Shown here: in pieces, positions 48,723 to 57,533 of the stretch
Layout of the letters: each line of letters starts with the position of its first letter
Numbering within the stretch: the first letter of the stretch is position 1
Translations under genes and position numbers: made by a program
Notes under the pieces: model-generated
The model's input: only the letters and a program-made list of their open reading frames with translations
Database searches by the model: none
Told to the model about the DNA's origin: nothing
DNA from: an uncultured virus (IMG/VR IMGVR_UViG_3300033075_001711)
Taxonomy: Duplodnaviria; Heunggongvirae; Uroviricota; Caudoviricetes
Length of the DNA stretch: 64,000 nucleotides
Virus record (IMG/VR): IMGVR_UViG_3300033075_001711
Reading direction: 5' to 3' (one strand)

Positions 48723-49616
48723 ATGAATTCCATGCAAAAATTAAGTGCTGATCAGAAACAAGCCATTCTAAATGAGCTTATGGGTTCAGCCGCAGGTCGT
48801 GTTAAAATTGCAAGTTCACTCATTCAACCTCTCCGGTTCCGAAGAGATTATACCTCAGTCGCTCGTAAAGCATTTATTGTAGAGCAACTTCCAGACGGAG
48901 CCCAGAGCATGTATGACAAAGACCCAGATGTCTTTGCATATATTGTAGGCGAAGAAGGCGAAAATATCGTAACTGTAGTTAAAACTACTCGTTTCGTTAT
49001 TCCAACATTTGAAATTGCATCTAACCCTGAAATTCCTCTTTCTCAGCTCAAACAACGCCGGTTTGATATGATCGAAAGAGCCATCGACAAATCAAAATCC
49101 GAAATTCAAGCAATTGAGGACGAGTACGCTTTCGGTGTTATGGATGCCACCGCTGATGGTGCTGCTGGCGCAGATCCAGATGATGATTTCAAAAACGTGG
49201 ACATTCCAGTTACTGCTCCACTAAACTCTTCAATTTTAGCAGATGCGTTTGCTTCAATTGAACGACATGATCTTCGTGTAGCACGAATTTTCATGAATGC
49301 TCGGGATTATACCGACATCAGAAAATGGGGCCGCGATACATTAGACTTTGAAACTCAACAGTATCTTTTAAATACTGGTCTGCTCGCACACGTTTGGGGT
49401 GCCCAGATTATAGTATCTAGAAAAGTACCTGTTGGAACAGTTTATGTCTGCACAGAGTCTGAGTTCTTTGGACGAATCCCTGTTCGTACAGAACTTACAG
49501 TAATTTCAGCAGATGATCCTAGGAATCGTCTGATCGCCTTTAGTCTCTTTGAGGACATCGGGGTAGGGGTTCATAACCCACGTGGGTTGGTTAGAATGCA
49601 AATCAGTCGCGGGTGA
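48723..49616 (+). CDS. major capsid protein (HK97 fold)
   Basis: Last gene of the head module; codon bias of a highly expressed gene; EIASNP, IQAIED, FMN..D..DI, WGAQIIVSRKVPVGTVYV, terminal NPRGLVR. Confidence 0.85.
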   Translation: MNSMQKLSADQKQAILNELMGSAAGRVKIASSLIQPLRFRRDYTSVARKAFIVEQLPDGAQSMYDKDPDVFAYIVGEEGENIVTVVKTTRFVIPTFEIASNPEIPLSQLKQRRFDMIERAIDKSKSEIQAIEDEYAFGVMDATADGAAGADPDDDFKNVDIPVTAPLNSSILADAFASIERHDLRVARIFMNARDYTDIRKWGRDTLDFETQQYLLNTGLLAHVWGAQIIVSRKVPVGTVYVCTESEFFGRIPVRTELTVISADDPRNRLIAFSLFEDIGVGVHNPRGLVRMQISRG

Positions 49617-49638
49617 TCTAACATAAATATTTAAACAG

Positions 49639-49663
49639 AAAAGCCGAGAAATCGGCTTTTTTT
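49639..49663 (+). terminator. rho-independent terminator after MCP
   Basis: aaaagccga-gaaa-tcggctttt plus T tract. Confidence 0.85.
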
Positions 49664-49728
49664 GTCTCCAAACATTTGCCTGATTATTTGTATGTTAGAT
49701 CATAACAGATTTAATAAATAAAGGAATT

Positions 49729-50145
49729 ATGGGAAATCAGTTTGGAGTTGACTATCCTGTTCTTTTAGATAAAGAATATTTAAAAAAACTATATGATTCA
49801 AAATTAACTGGAACTCAAATATCTAAAATAATTGGGTGTTCAGATGCCAGCGTCAATTTATATTTAAAAAAATATGGAATAACTAATCGGACGTATTTTG
49901 AAAATTCTAAATTAGGTCATGCTGTAAATGATAATTTAATTTTAAATGATTATTCTTTAAAGGTGATTGCGGGATGTTTATTAGGAGATGCTACTTTTAG
50001 AAAAGGAAAAGGAAATTCTGGAGTTTCTATATCTAAAAACAATATAGGAGAAGATCATATAAACTATGTTGCTAAAATATTGTTTGGAGATTTTTGGAAA
50101 AGTAGGATATTCACAACTAATGAAAAGTATATTTTATTTCCATGA
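49729..50145 (+). pseudogene. truncated LAGLIDADG homing endonuclease with N-terminal HTH
   Basis: KEYLKKLY..QISKIIGCS..SV..YLKKYGI HTH, first motif IAGCLLGDA, stops before any second motif. Confidence 0.6.
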
Positions 50146-50188
50146 AAAACAATTCCTAGTAAAGCTAAAAAACAATAATCAAAAAACT

Positions 50189-50222
50189 AGAGTGTTTTTA
50201 GTTTCCCAAAAACACTCTTTTC
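50189..50222 (+). terminator. terminator-like hairpin
   Basis: agagtgttttt / aaaaacactct followed by ttt. Confidence 0.5.
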
Positions 50223-50284
50223 ATTTTTAGACTTCGCCGCTTTTTATGTAGAGGCTAGGTGACACTTTAATTTTGGAGACACCT

Positions 50285-51223
50285 ATGTCTGAAAATGAAT
50301 TAAAAAAATGTAGAACTTGTAATTTAGAATTTCCACAAGATAATTTTAGAAAAACAAAAAATAGAAAAAAAGAAACTGCCTACCATACTCAATGTAAAAA
50401 TTGTGACAAAATAGATTATCAAAATAACAAAGAAAAAATTAAAGCAAGATCTAATAAATATAGATTAGAAAATAGAGATAAAATAAATGCTCAGAAAATG
50501 GAATCTTATTATGCTAATCATGAAGAGAATAAAGAAAAAAATAACAAGTATAGTGCTGAACATAGAGAGGAAATAAAAGAAAGAAAAGCAATTTTCAGAG
50601 AAAATAATAGGGAACGGTTACGCCAAGAAGGGCGAGATAGGTATGCTGCTAATCCAGAGAAATATATTCAAAAAGCTAGAGAGTATTATAAATCCAATAG
50701 AGAAGATGTCTTAAAAAGGCAACGTGAGTATAACAAAAAAAGAAGGGCTAAAATCTCAGATGCAAAAGCAATTTACTATAGAAATAACAATGAGTCTATA
50801 AAATTAAAAAGAAAATTGCACAAACCAAAAGCAAATGCTAGAAAAAGAGAACGTTGGCAAACAGATATTAAATATAGACTAATGCTTTCAATAAGAAACA
50901 GAATAAACATTTCAGTCAAAACAAATTCTCCAATAGGTTCTGACTTAGAAGGTTTATTAGGATATAAAATTGATGATCTAATCATGCATTTAAAAACAAC
51001 GTTACCTGAAGGTGTTACGTGGGAAGATTATGTATCAAGAAAAATAGCAATACATATAGATCATATTAAACCTTTATGTAAATTTACAATTAAAAACATC
51101 CATGATCCTGAATTGAAAAAAGCGTGGGCATTAGAGAACCTTCAGTTATTACATAAAATAGACAATTTAAAAAAATCTAGTAAATATGAAGAAGTACAGG
51201 AACAAAATCCAGAATTAAATTAG
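50285..51223 (+). CDS. HNH endonuclease with N-terminal Zn finger and basic repeats
   Basis: CRTC...CKNC, repeated Y..N.E helices, HIDHIKP...AWALENLQLL...DNLKK; ATG at 50285 after GGAG. Confidence 0.8.
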   Translation: MSENELKKCRTCNLEFPQDNFRKTKNRKKETAYHTQCKNCDKIDYQNNKEKIKARSNKYRLENRDKINAQKMESYYANHEENKEKNNKYSAEHREEIKERKAIFRENNRERLRQEGRDRYAANPEKYIQKAREYYKSNREDVLKRQREYNKKRRAKISDAKAIYYRNNNESIKLKRKLHKPKANARKRERWQTDIKYRLMLSIRNRINISVKTNSPIGSDLEGLLGYKIDDLIMHLKTTLPEGVTWEDYVSRKIAIHIDHIKPLCKFTIKNIHDPELKKAWALENLQLLHKIDNLKKSSKYEEVQEQNPELN

Positions 51224-51282
51224 CTAGAACTGTGTGTATAGTATCTCAGGCGATAGGTAGTGACAGTTAATTTAAGGTAAAA

Positions 51283-52215
51283 ATGAGCTTGGATTTGAAC
51301 GTATTGTTAGAGATTTGTAAATATCGGATGAACAATAATTGCACGTATTTCGATGCTGTTAAAACATTTGGATTGCAATTTGGGCCTGATGTTTTGAGAT
51401 CTAGAATTAAAAAAGAAATTCCTGAGTTTAATTGGAATGCGCGTGTATGGGAAAAATCTATAAACTATCAAAATTCTGATACTGTTCATCGAACAGTAAT
51501 AATATCAGATGTTCATTATAATATTAGGGATGTTAATGCTGTAAATGCTGTGACTAATTTTATAGTGGAGACAAAACCAGATGTTGTTGTTTTGTTGGGT
51601 GATATTTTTGATGGTGAGTTATTAAGTACTTATGCAAAAGCAAAGAAAAAAGTAGTTGTTGATATTGGGGAAGAGATTACACAAGCCAGGGATTGGTTAA
51701 ATCTTTTGTGTGAAAATGCTAAAAGGGTTATATTTATACAAGGTAATCATGAAGAGAGATTATCTAGAACAGAAAATCGGGAACCAGGATTACCTAAAGA
51801 AGCATTAGAGTGGAGAAATTTATTTAATGTTTATAAAGTATCGGATAAATTAGAAGTTTTTGATCCACGGAATACTAGAGATGGCTTTTTAAGAATAGGT
51901 TCTGCGGCTTTAATGCATGGCGTTAATTATGGGACGCATCAGGCATATGTAAATATAACTAAAGAGTATGGGCATGAGAAATTAGTAGTTCAGGGACATT
52001 CGCATACTCCGGCTTTATATTATTGGAAAGGGAATGTAGGTGTAGTGAACGGGCATTTATCAAATCCTATTGAGCAAAGCTACATACATAATCCTAAATG
52101 GACTGCTGGATTTACTATAATAGAGCAATTTAATAATTTTGAAATGTTTAATGTTTATATGGTAGCTGTAACTAACGGAATGTTTAGTTATGGTGGGAAA
52201 TTATATAAAGGGTAA
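51283..52215 (+). CDS. calcineurin-like metallophosphoesterase
   Basis: ISDVH, LGDIFD, GNHE, MHG, GHSH. Confidence 0.85.
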   Translation: MSLDLNVLLEICKYRMNNNCTYFDAVKTFGLQFGPDVLRSRIKKEIPEFNWNARVWEKSINYQNSDTVHRTVIISDVHYNIRDVNAVNAVTNFIVETKPDVVVLLGDIFDGELLSTYAKAKKKVVVDIGEEITQARDWLNLLCENAKRVIFIQGNHEERLSRTENREPGLPKEALEWRNLFNVYKVSDKLEVFDPRNTRDGFLRIGSAALMHGVNYGTHQAYVNITKEYGHEKLVVQGHSHTPALYYWKGNVGVVNGHLSNPIEQSYIHNPKWTAGFTIIEQFNNFEMFNVYMVAVTNGMFSYGGKLYKG

Positions 52216-52217
52216 TT

Positions 52218-52772
52218 TTGATTTACAGAGCAAAAGATATAAGAATTATATTATTTAAATTTTTGAAAGAAGAGTATAAAGACATCTATATAATGGAGGA
52301 GAAAGAAATTTATAAATCCATTGTAGATATCTTTTGTATTAAAGGGAATAATTTATTAGGGTTAGAGATAAAATCGGATACTGACTCATTAAAAAGGTTG
52401 CCGAGACAAGTAAAAAATTATGATAAGATTTTTGATTTTAATATTGTTGTAATAACAGAGAAGTGGGTTGAGAAAGTAAAAGATATTTTACCTAAACATT
52501 GGGGAATTTTTTTAATTAAAGAAGATAGTTGTGAAATTATTAAATCTCCTTTAGTTAATCCTAATAGAGATGAGTATAAATTAAGTTGGTTATTATGGAA
52601 ACCAGAGTGTAGAGAGTTATTAAAAAGAAATAATTTATTGCGTGGTTTTTCATATAAAGCTAAAAAGTATTTAAATAAACGTATAGCTAGTAAAATAAAA
52701 ATAGATAATATAAAAGAGTATTTAATTGAATGTTTTTTAAAAAGAGATTGGGATAAGGTAAAGAGATTATGA
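52218..52772 (+). CDS. sce7726-family / MmcB-like PD-(D/E)XK protein
   Basis: IVDI, LEIKSDTDSLKRLPRQVKNYDKIFD, LPKHWGI, LLWKPE. Confidence 0.7.
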   Translation: MIYRAKDIRIILFKFLKEEYKDIYIMEEKEIYKSIVDIFCIKGNNLLGLEIKSDTDSLKRLPRQVKNYDKIFDFNIVVITEKWVEKVKDILPKHWGIFLIKEDSCEIIKSPLVNPNRDEYKLSWLLWKPECRELLKRNNLLRGFSYKAKKYLNKRIASKIKIDNIKEYLIECFLKRDWDKVKRL

Positions 52773-53104
52773 ATGATTTAAAACGATGTAAAGTTTACTA
52801 TTTAGGAATAGCTAAAGAATTTAAAGACATTATGAGATTTTATGATGTTAATTCTATTTTTCCGTTTGATTTCAATGCTAGAGTAGAATCTGTATTTTGT
52901 GGTAAAGATACTATTGGTCTTTTTAAACAGTTGAGGGATTTAAAATCTCAAAAAATAGAAGGCTCTTTTGGTAATATTGATGGAATAGATTTTTTTGTAA
53001 ATGAAAATTTACCTCCGGACACATTTATGGTGGTATCAAATGAATTATATAGGAATCAAAAATCTTTTGGGCCTTTTGATAAGTTAGATATTATTTGGGG
53101 ATAA
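52769..53104 (+). CDS. small protein weakly resembling a capsid A-domain
   Basis: FKDIMRF...GSFGNIDGIDFFVNENLPPDTFMVVS versus MCP YTDIRKW...GLLAHVWGAQIIVSRKVPVGTVYVCT. Confidence 0.45.
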   Translation: MNDLKRCKVYYLGIAKEFKDIMRFYDVNSIFPFDFNARVESVFCGKDTIGLFKQLRDLKSQKIEGSFGNIDGIDFFVNENLPPDTFMVVSNELYRNQKSFGPFDKLDIIWG

Positions 53105-53110
53105 TAGATA

Positions 53111-53740
53111 ATGTATAAAATAGAATATAAAGCAACTCCAAGTAGTATTTCAGAATTAGCAGATGCTTTTGCTATAATAGAAGAACATAACTATAGGGTT
53201 GCAAAACTTACAATGAATAATTACACTGAAAAAAATTTAATTTTGCCTCTGTATAATGGATTTTCTTCAGGAGATAGTTTTTGGGGTGCGGATATTTATA
53301 TAGATGACACTTTAATGAATTATGAGGTTATATTAGAAAGTGAAAAATATAAACATCTTGAATTTAGAAAAAACATTAAAGGTTTAAGATATGTAGATTT
53401 ATCTGGTAAATATTATTTGACATCAGAAATATTTGATTGTAAAAAATTAACAGATTTTTTAGATGGGTTATGTCCTATTGAAAATCAATGTAGTTATAGG
53501 ATATCTTATTTTTGTTTAAATGCTAAAACACATAAAATGCTTAAAGAAAATTGTCCTTCTATATATGATAACGATTTAATTGTTTTAGGTTCTCATGTGT
53601 TTATAGATAATAGTTTAGAAACTGGACATGTAATATTTGTAAGTGATTCATTTACGGATGAAATTTTTGCAGAAAATATCAAGTTAGACCTTGATATTAG
53701 TGTAAAATTATGTGAGAATAAAAATTATGTTAGAAGTTAA
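53111..53740 (+). CDS. tandem MCP A-domain-like protein
   Basis: LADAFAIIEEHNYRVAKLTMN versus MCP LADAFASIERHDLRVARIFMN; WGADI versus WGAQI; second diverged copy in the C-half. Confidence 0.75.
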   Translation: MYKIEYKATPSSISELADAFAIIEEHNYRVAKLTMNNYTEKNLILPLYNGFSSGDSFWGADIYIDDTLMNYEVILESEKYKHLEFRKNIKGLRYVDLSGKYYLTSEIFDCKKLTDFLDGLCPIENQCSYRISYFCLNAKTHKMLKENCPSIYDNDLIVLGSHVFIDNSLETGHVIFVSDSFTDEIFAENIKLDLDISVKLCENKNYVRS

Positions 53741-54017
53741 TTTATTTTATGATAATGGATTTGTGGAAAAAACAAGTCCAGCAGAATTTATGTTTACTAG
53801 TTTTAATTTTGTGGAAAAAGATTTAAAACTTAGAGTAGATGAAATTAAACTGTCTCAAGATTTTTATATTAAATTATTTAATTCTTTGTTAGAATATCCT
53901 AATTCTTATTATCAAACATTCCCAGAAGAATCTTTTATGGATGCTATGCTGCTGGGAGCAGATGTTATATTAGATGATAGAGATGTAGAAGCTATAACTT
54001 TAATTTGTGATGATTAG
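53727..54017 (+). CDS. single MCP A-domain-like protein
   Basis: SFNFVEKDLKLRVDEIKLSQDFY...MLLGADVILD...ITLIC versus MCP AFASIERHDLRVARIFMNARDY...HVWGAQIIVS...VYVC. Confidence 0.55.
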   Translation: MLEVNLFYDNGFVEKTSPAEFMFTSFNFVEKDLKLRVDEIKLSQDFYIKLFNSLLEYPNSYYQTFPEESFMDAMLLGADVILDDRDVEAITLICDD

Positions 54018-54047
54018 AAAAAATTTAACTTTTTAAATAAGATTTGT

Positions 54048-54773
54048 ATGGAAAATAAAAAATGTAATAAATGTAATGTGATATATGAAGTTTCAAATTT
54101 TTATAAAAGAGGCAAAAGAAAATCTGGAGACATTACATATACTTGTTGGTGTAAACAATGCTGGTCTGCACACTATAAAAACTATGTTACAAATAATTTA
54201 GATACTAGAAATAAATATTTAAAAAAATATAAGCAGACAGATAAATATAAAAATTCCGTTTTAAAAAACAATTTAAAAAGAAAAGATAAAATAAAAGAAT
54301 ATTACGAACTAAATAAAAAAAGAATATGGTTTGATAAATATTATTTTAAATATAGAAATGACTCCACTTTTAGATTGAAAGTTAGAATGTCAAACAATGT
54401 CCGTAGTTTTTTACAAAAAGGTAAAAATTGGGGCTCTTGGCACAAATTAGTTGGATATTCATTGCTAACTTTAAAATCTCATTTAGAAAATCTTTTTTTA
54501 CCTGGAATGTCTTGGGACAATTTTAAAAGAGGTGGGTGGTCAATAGATCATATTCAACCTTTATCTTCTTTTAGGTATGTTCGACATCAAGATAATGAAT
54601 TTAAAAATGCTTGGAAATTACAAAATTTAAGACCTTTGTGGGAAAAAGATAATTTATTAAAAAATTCAATTTGGCAAGGTAAAAAAAGAAAATTTCAATT
54701 TGTTAATGTACCATACATATTCTCTTTTACAGAAAACATTAAGTTAATTTCAAAAGGAATTTTATATCAATGA
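54048..54773 (+). CDS. HNH endonuclease (paralog of 50285..51223)
   Basis: CNKC...CKQC, LVGYS...LKSHLE..F.PGMSWDN, SIDHIQP...AWKLQNLRPLW..DNL.K. Confidence 0.8.
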   Translation: MENKKCNKCNVIYEVSNFYKRGKRKSGDITYTCWCKQCWSAHYKNYVTNNLDTRNKYLKKYKQTDKYKNSVLKNNLKRKDKIKEYYELNKKRIWFDKYYFKYRNDSTFRLKVRMSNNVRSFLQKGKNWGSWHKLVGYSLLTLKSHLENLFLPGMSWDNFKRGGWSIDHIQPLSSFRYVRHQDNEFKNAWKLQNLRPLWEKDNLLKNSIWQGKKRKFQFVNVPYIFSFTENIKLISKGILYQ

Positions 54774-55903
54774 TTAAAAAATTATTTTTATGCTATTTAA
54801 TATCTATTTTAATAGCATGTAATTCTTCTCCTCCATGTAATGTTACAAAAAATTGTGGGGGGGGGCCTACTCCAACTCCTGTTACTATGAGCATAACTGT
54901 TCAAGGAAACAGTATTTTTGTAAATGGTAAGAAAACATTTATGCGAGGCTATTCAGGGTTTGGTTCTTGTTATAATGCGGAACCTAAAGAATCTTGGGAT
55001 GCCTGGTTTTCTAAATTAGAAAAAGCAGGAGTTAATTATAGTAGAGTGTGGCTAGTCCCGATCCCAGATTCGTGGGTGCCTCAAGGATATGTGAACATGC
55101 AAAACACATTTTTAAAAATGCCAAATGGCAAATATGATTTAACAAAACTAAATCCAAAATTTGTAGAAAATGTTCATAATGTTTTAAATGCTGGGGCTAG
55201 GCATGGAATTGTTTTTCAAGTGTCATTAGCAGACAAGGTTTTAGGGAAATATCCTGAAGATTTTAAAACACATCCTTACAATAAAAACAATGGTGGATTT
55301 ATTACTCCTAATTCAAATGGGCAAGGTTGGCCTCAAGGGTGGGAGCTTCAATATGATCAGGATTGGAAAAATTTAGCTGATTTATATATGAGTGTATTAT
55401 CTATCCATACCAACGTTTTAATAGAAGTTATTAATGAGCCCGAGATGGGAAAAGACAATAAATTAGGTACACCAGAACAAATAAATCGTTGGCATATGAT
55501 GATGTTGACATATTTAAGAAATAAATATCCTGGAGTTAAATTAGTTATTAGTCCTGTAAGACTTTCGGGTTTAAAATTTGTTCCTGACATTAATTTACCT
55601 GCAGATATTATTTCAGCTCATGGGGCTGGGTTTTTACCGGATACTCCTAAAGGAAGATATTTTACAGATGCCGAAATGATATCTGAATGGAAAGCGTGTT
55701 TGAGTAAAATGTTAGGAAAACCAGTTATTTGTGATGATGATGGATTACCACGAGAAAGAAATGATAATAAAATTGTCATGAATTGGAGAAAATTATCAGA
55801 AAAGATAGGTTTTGCAGGTTTTCAACATAGAGATGATGAATTTGTTCCTCCTGGAAGTGTTGTAGATGATGAGGCAATTAAGGTAATAGGCGCTAATTAT
55901 TAA
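54770..55903 (+). CDS. lipoprotein, glycoside hydrolase clan GH-A (GH5-like) TIM barrel
   Basis: Signal peptide with lipobox LIAC, PTPTP linker, AGVNYSRVW, EVINEP acid/base motif, KPVICDDDG. Confidence 0.7.
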   Translation: MIKKLFLCYLISILIACNSSPPCNVTKNCGGGPTPTPVTMSITVQGNSIFVNGKKTFMRGYSGFGSCYNAEPKESWDAWFSKLEKAGVNYSRVWLVPIPDSWVPQGYVNMQNTFLKMPNGKYDLTKLNPKFVENVHNVLNAGARHGIVFQVSLADKVLGKYPEDFKTHPYNKNNGGFITPNSNGQGWPQGWELQYDQDWKNLADLYMSVLSIHTNVLIEVINEPEMGKDNKLGTPEQINRWHMMMLTYLRNKYPGVKLVISPVRLSGLKFVPDINLPADIISAHGAGFLPDTPKGRYFTDAEMISEWKACLSKMLGKPVICDDDGLPRERNDNKIVMNWRKLSEKIGFAGFQHRDDEFVPPGSVVDDEAIKVIGANY

Positions 55904-55930
55904 ATAAATAAAAAATTCTTAATTAGTAAT

Positions 55931-55972
55931 AATGGTAAATTGAACATGGTTTAATTTACCATTTTATTTTTT
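55931..55972 (+). terminator. hairpin between accessory and structural genes
   Basis: aatggtaaatt / aatttaccatt followed by T-rich run. Confidence 0.5.
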
Positions 55973-55986
55973 ATAAGGAAAATATA

Positions 55987-56745
55987 ATGAGTGCTCTTGT
56001 ACAAGAAATGGTTCGAGTTATGCATAACGGAGCGTATATTCCTTCTAGCAACGATGATTATGTGTTTCGCACATCCCCCATTTATTTATGGGATTTAGGG
56101 AATAGGGCTCAGGATACTATAAATAAAAAAGGACAATCAACATATCTATCCTATAATGGAGAAATGCCTGGAAGTCCAAGATACACAAATATAACATTTA
56201 ACAAAAAAGGTGTAGATTTATTACCTACTGGAGAAGTTGAGCAAAGTTTAGATTCGGGTGTTATTGAAAAATTAGAGGCTCGTGGTTTAGTTAAAAAAAT
56301 GCCTGCATTTGAGACTTATTTAACTTCAGCATATTCTGGTGGAACAACACTAACTGTTGGATCAACTACTGGAATGCCTGCTACTCCTAGAGTAGTAGAG
56401 ATAAATGGGATATATCGAAGAAGAGTTGCTAGTTTTACAGCTACTACAATTGTAATGGATTCAGCAATTTCTGGAACTTTTGATGTTAACACTAAAATCA
56501 CATTTCTTAGATCTACTGTAGAAACTAAATTAGCTTCAAATTATATTACTGGTGCCACTACAATGGTGGTTGAATCTAGAGATGGTTTAGATGGGTTAAC
56601 TGGAGTAGCTTTAAATGTTTATATGGGCGGATATTCCACAACACTAGATTCTGGTGCTACTATTAGTTCTACTACTATTGATTTAACTTCTGGTATTGCA
56701 GCTACATTACCAAAAGGCACACAAGTTTTAATAACCGTATTTTAA
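55987..56745 (+). CDS. putative virion protein, paralog 1 of 3
   Basis: RVMHNG..IYLWDLGNRAQD..GQS domain plus two T/S-rich beta repeats. Confidence 0.65.
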   Translation: MSALVQEMVRVMHNGAYIPSSNDDYVFRTSPIYLWDLGNRAQDTINKKGQSTYLSYNGEMPGSPRYTNITFNKKGVDLLPTGEVEQSLDSGVIEKLEARGLVKKMPAFETYLTSAYSGGTTLTVGSTTGMPATPRVVEINGIYRRRVASFTATTIVMDSAISGTFDVNTKITFLRSTVETKLASNYITGATTMVVESRDGLDGLTGVALNVYMGGYSTTLDSGATISSTTIDLTSGIAATLPKGTQVLITVF

Positions 56746-56761
56746 TTAAGGAAATAATTAA

Positions 56762-57508
56762 ATGTCTCAAAAATTACGAGTAATGCATTTTGGTGAATTT
56801 GGATCAGTTACAGATGACCAAGCATTAAAAACAAAAACAAATCCTATTTATTTAGATGATGTTGGTAATAGATCATTAGATAATATAGATACTAGAGGTC
56901 AATCTCAATATATTACTATAGATGGTTCTGTTCGACCTACTTCTACTGCTTATGGAAAAGAAAAGCATCCTAAAAAAGTAGTTGATTTAGTTCCAACTTC
57001 TGAAGTTCTTTTAAGTTCTTGGAAAGGAAATCTTAAAAAATTACGAGATCTCCAACTAATTAAAACTGAAGATGTTTTTGATGTTGTAGTAGCAACTGCT
57101 TATACTGCTGGATCTACTTCTTTAGTAGTGTCTTCTGCTACAGGTTTTCCTTCAACTGGAGCTGTTGAAATAGGAGAAGTAATTGTTAGATATACTGCGG
57201 TCACATCAAATACCTTAACTTTAGTTACTGGAGGTTTTGGAGATAGCTTTGATGTTGGAACTAGAGTATTAGTTCATAGGTCTTTTGGTGAAACTAAATT
57301 AGTTTCAACTTACACTTCTTCTGGTGTAGAAACTACTTTTAGTGTTGAAACGGTAGGAGGTTTAGCTTCAACTGGAACAGTTTACGCTGATAATAAAAGT
57401 AAAGCTTATTCTGCTATCAACACTTCTTTAAATACTATTACTTTAAGTTCAGCATTTTCTTCTGGAACACAATTTATTTCAGGAACTAGAGTATTTGCAA
57501 CTAGTTAA
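56762..57508 (+). CDS. putative virion protein, paralog 2 of 3
   Basis: RVMHFG..IYLDDVGNRSLD..GQS domain plus two repeats. Confidence 0.65.
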   Translation: MSQKLRVMHFGEFGSVTDDQALKTKTNPIYLDDVGNRSLDNIDTRGQSQYITIDGSVRPTSTAYGKEKHPKKVVDLVPTSEVLLSSWKGNLKKLRDLQLIKTEDVFDVVVATAYTAGSTSLVVSSATGFPSTGAVEIGEVIVRYTAVTSNTLTLVTGGFGDSFDVGTRVLVHRSFGETKLVSTYTSSGVETTFSVETVGGLASTGTVYADNKSKAYSAINTSLNTITLSSAFSSGTQFISGTRVFATS

Positions 57509-57533
57509 TTAAAAAATTAAAGGTAAAATTTAT

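Noticed and set aside
48723..49616. Encapsulin rather than phage capsid, given its small size
   Set aside because: It lies in a complete terminase-portal-protease-scaffold head module.
49617..50272. Group I intron around the LAGLIDADG remnant
   Set aside because: The MCP ends with a normal C-terminus and terminator; no second exon or intron core elements are recognisable.
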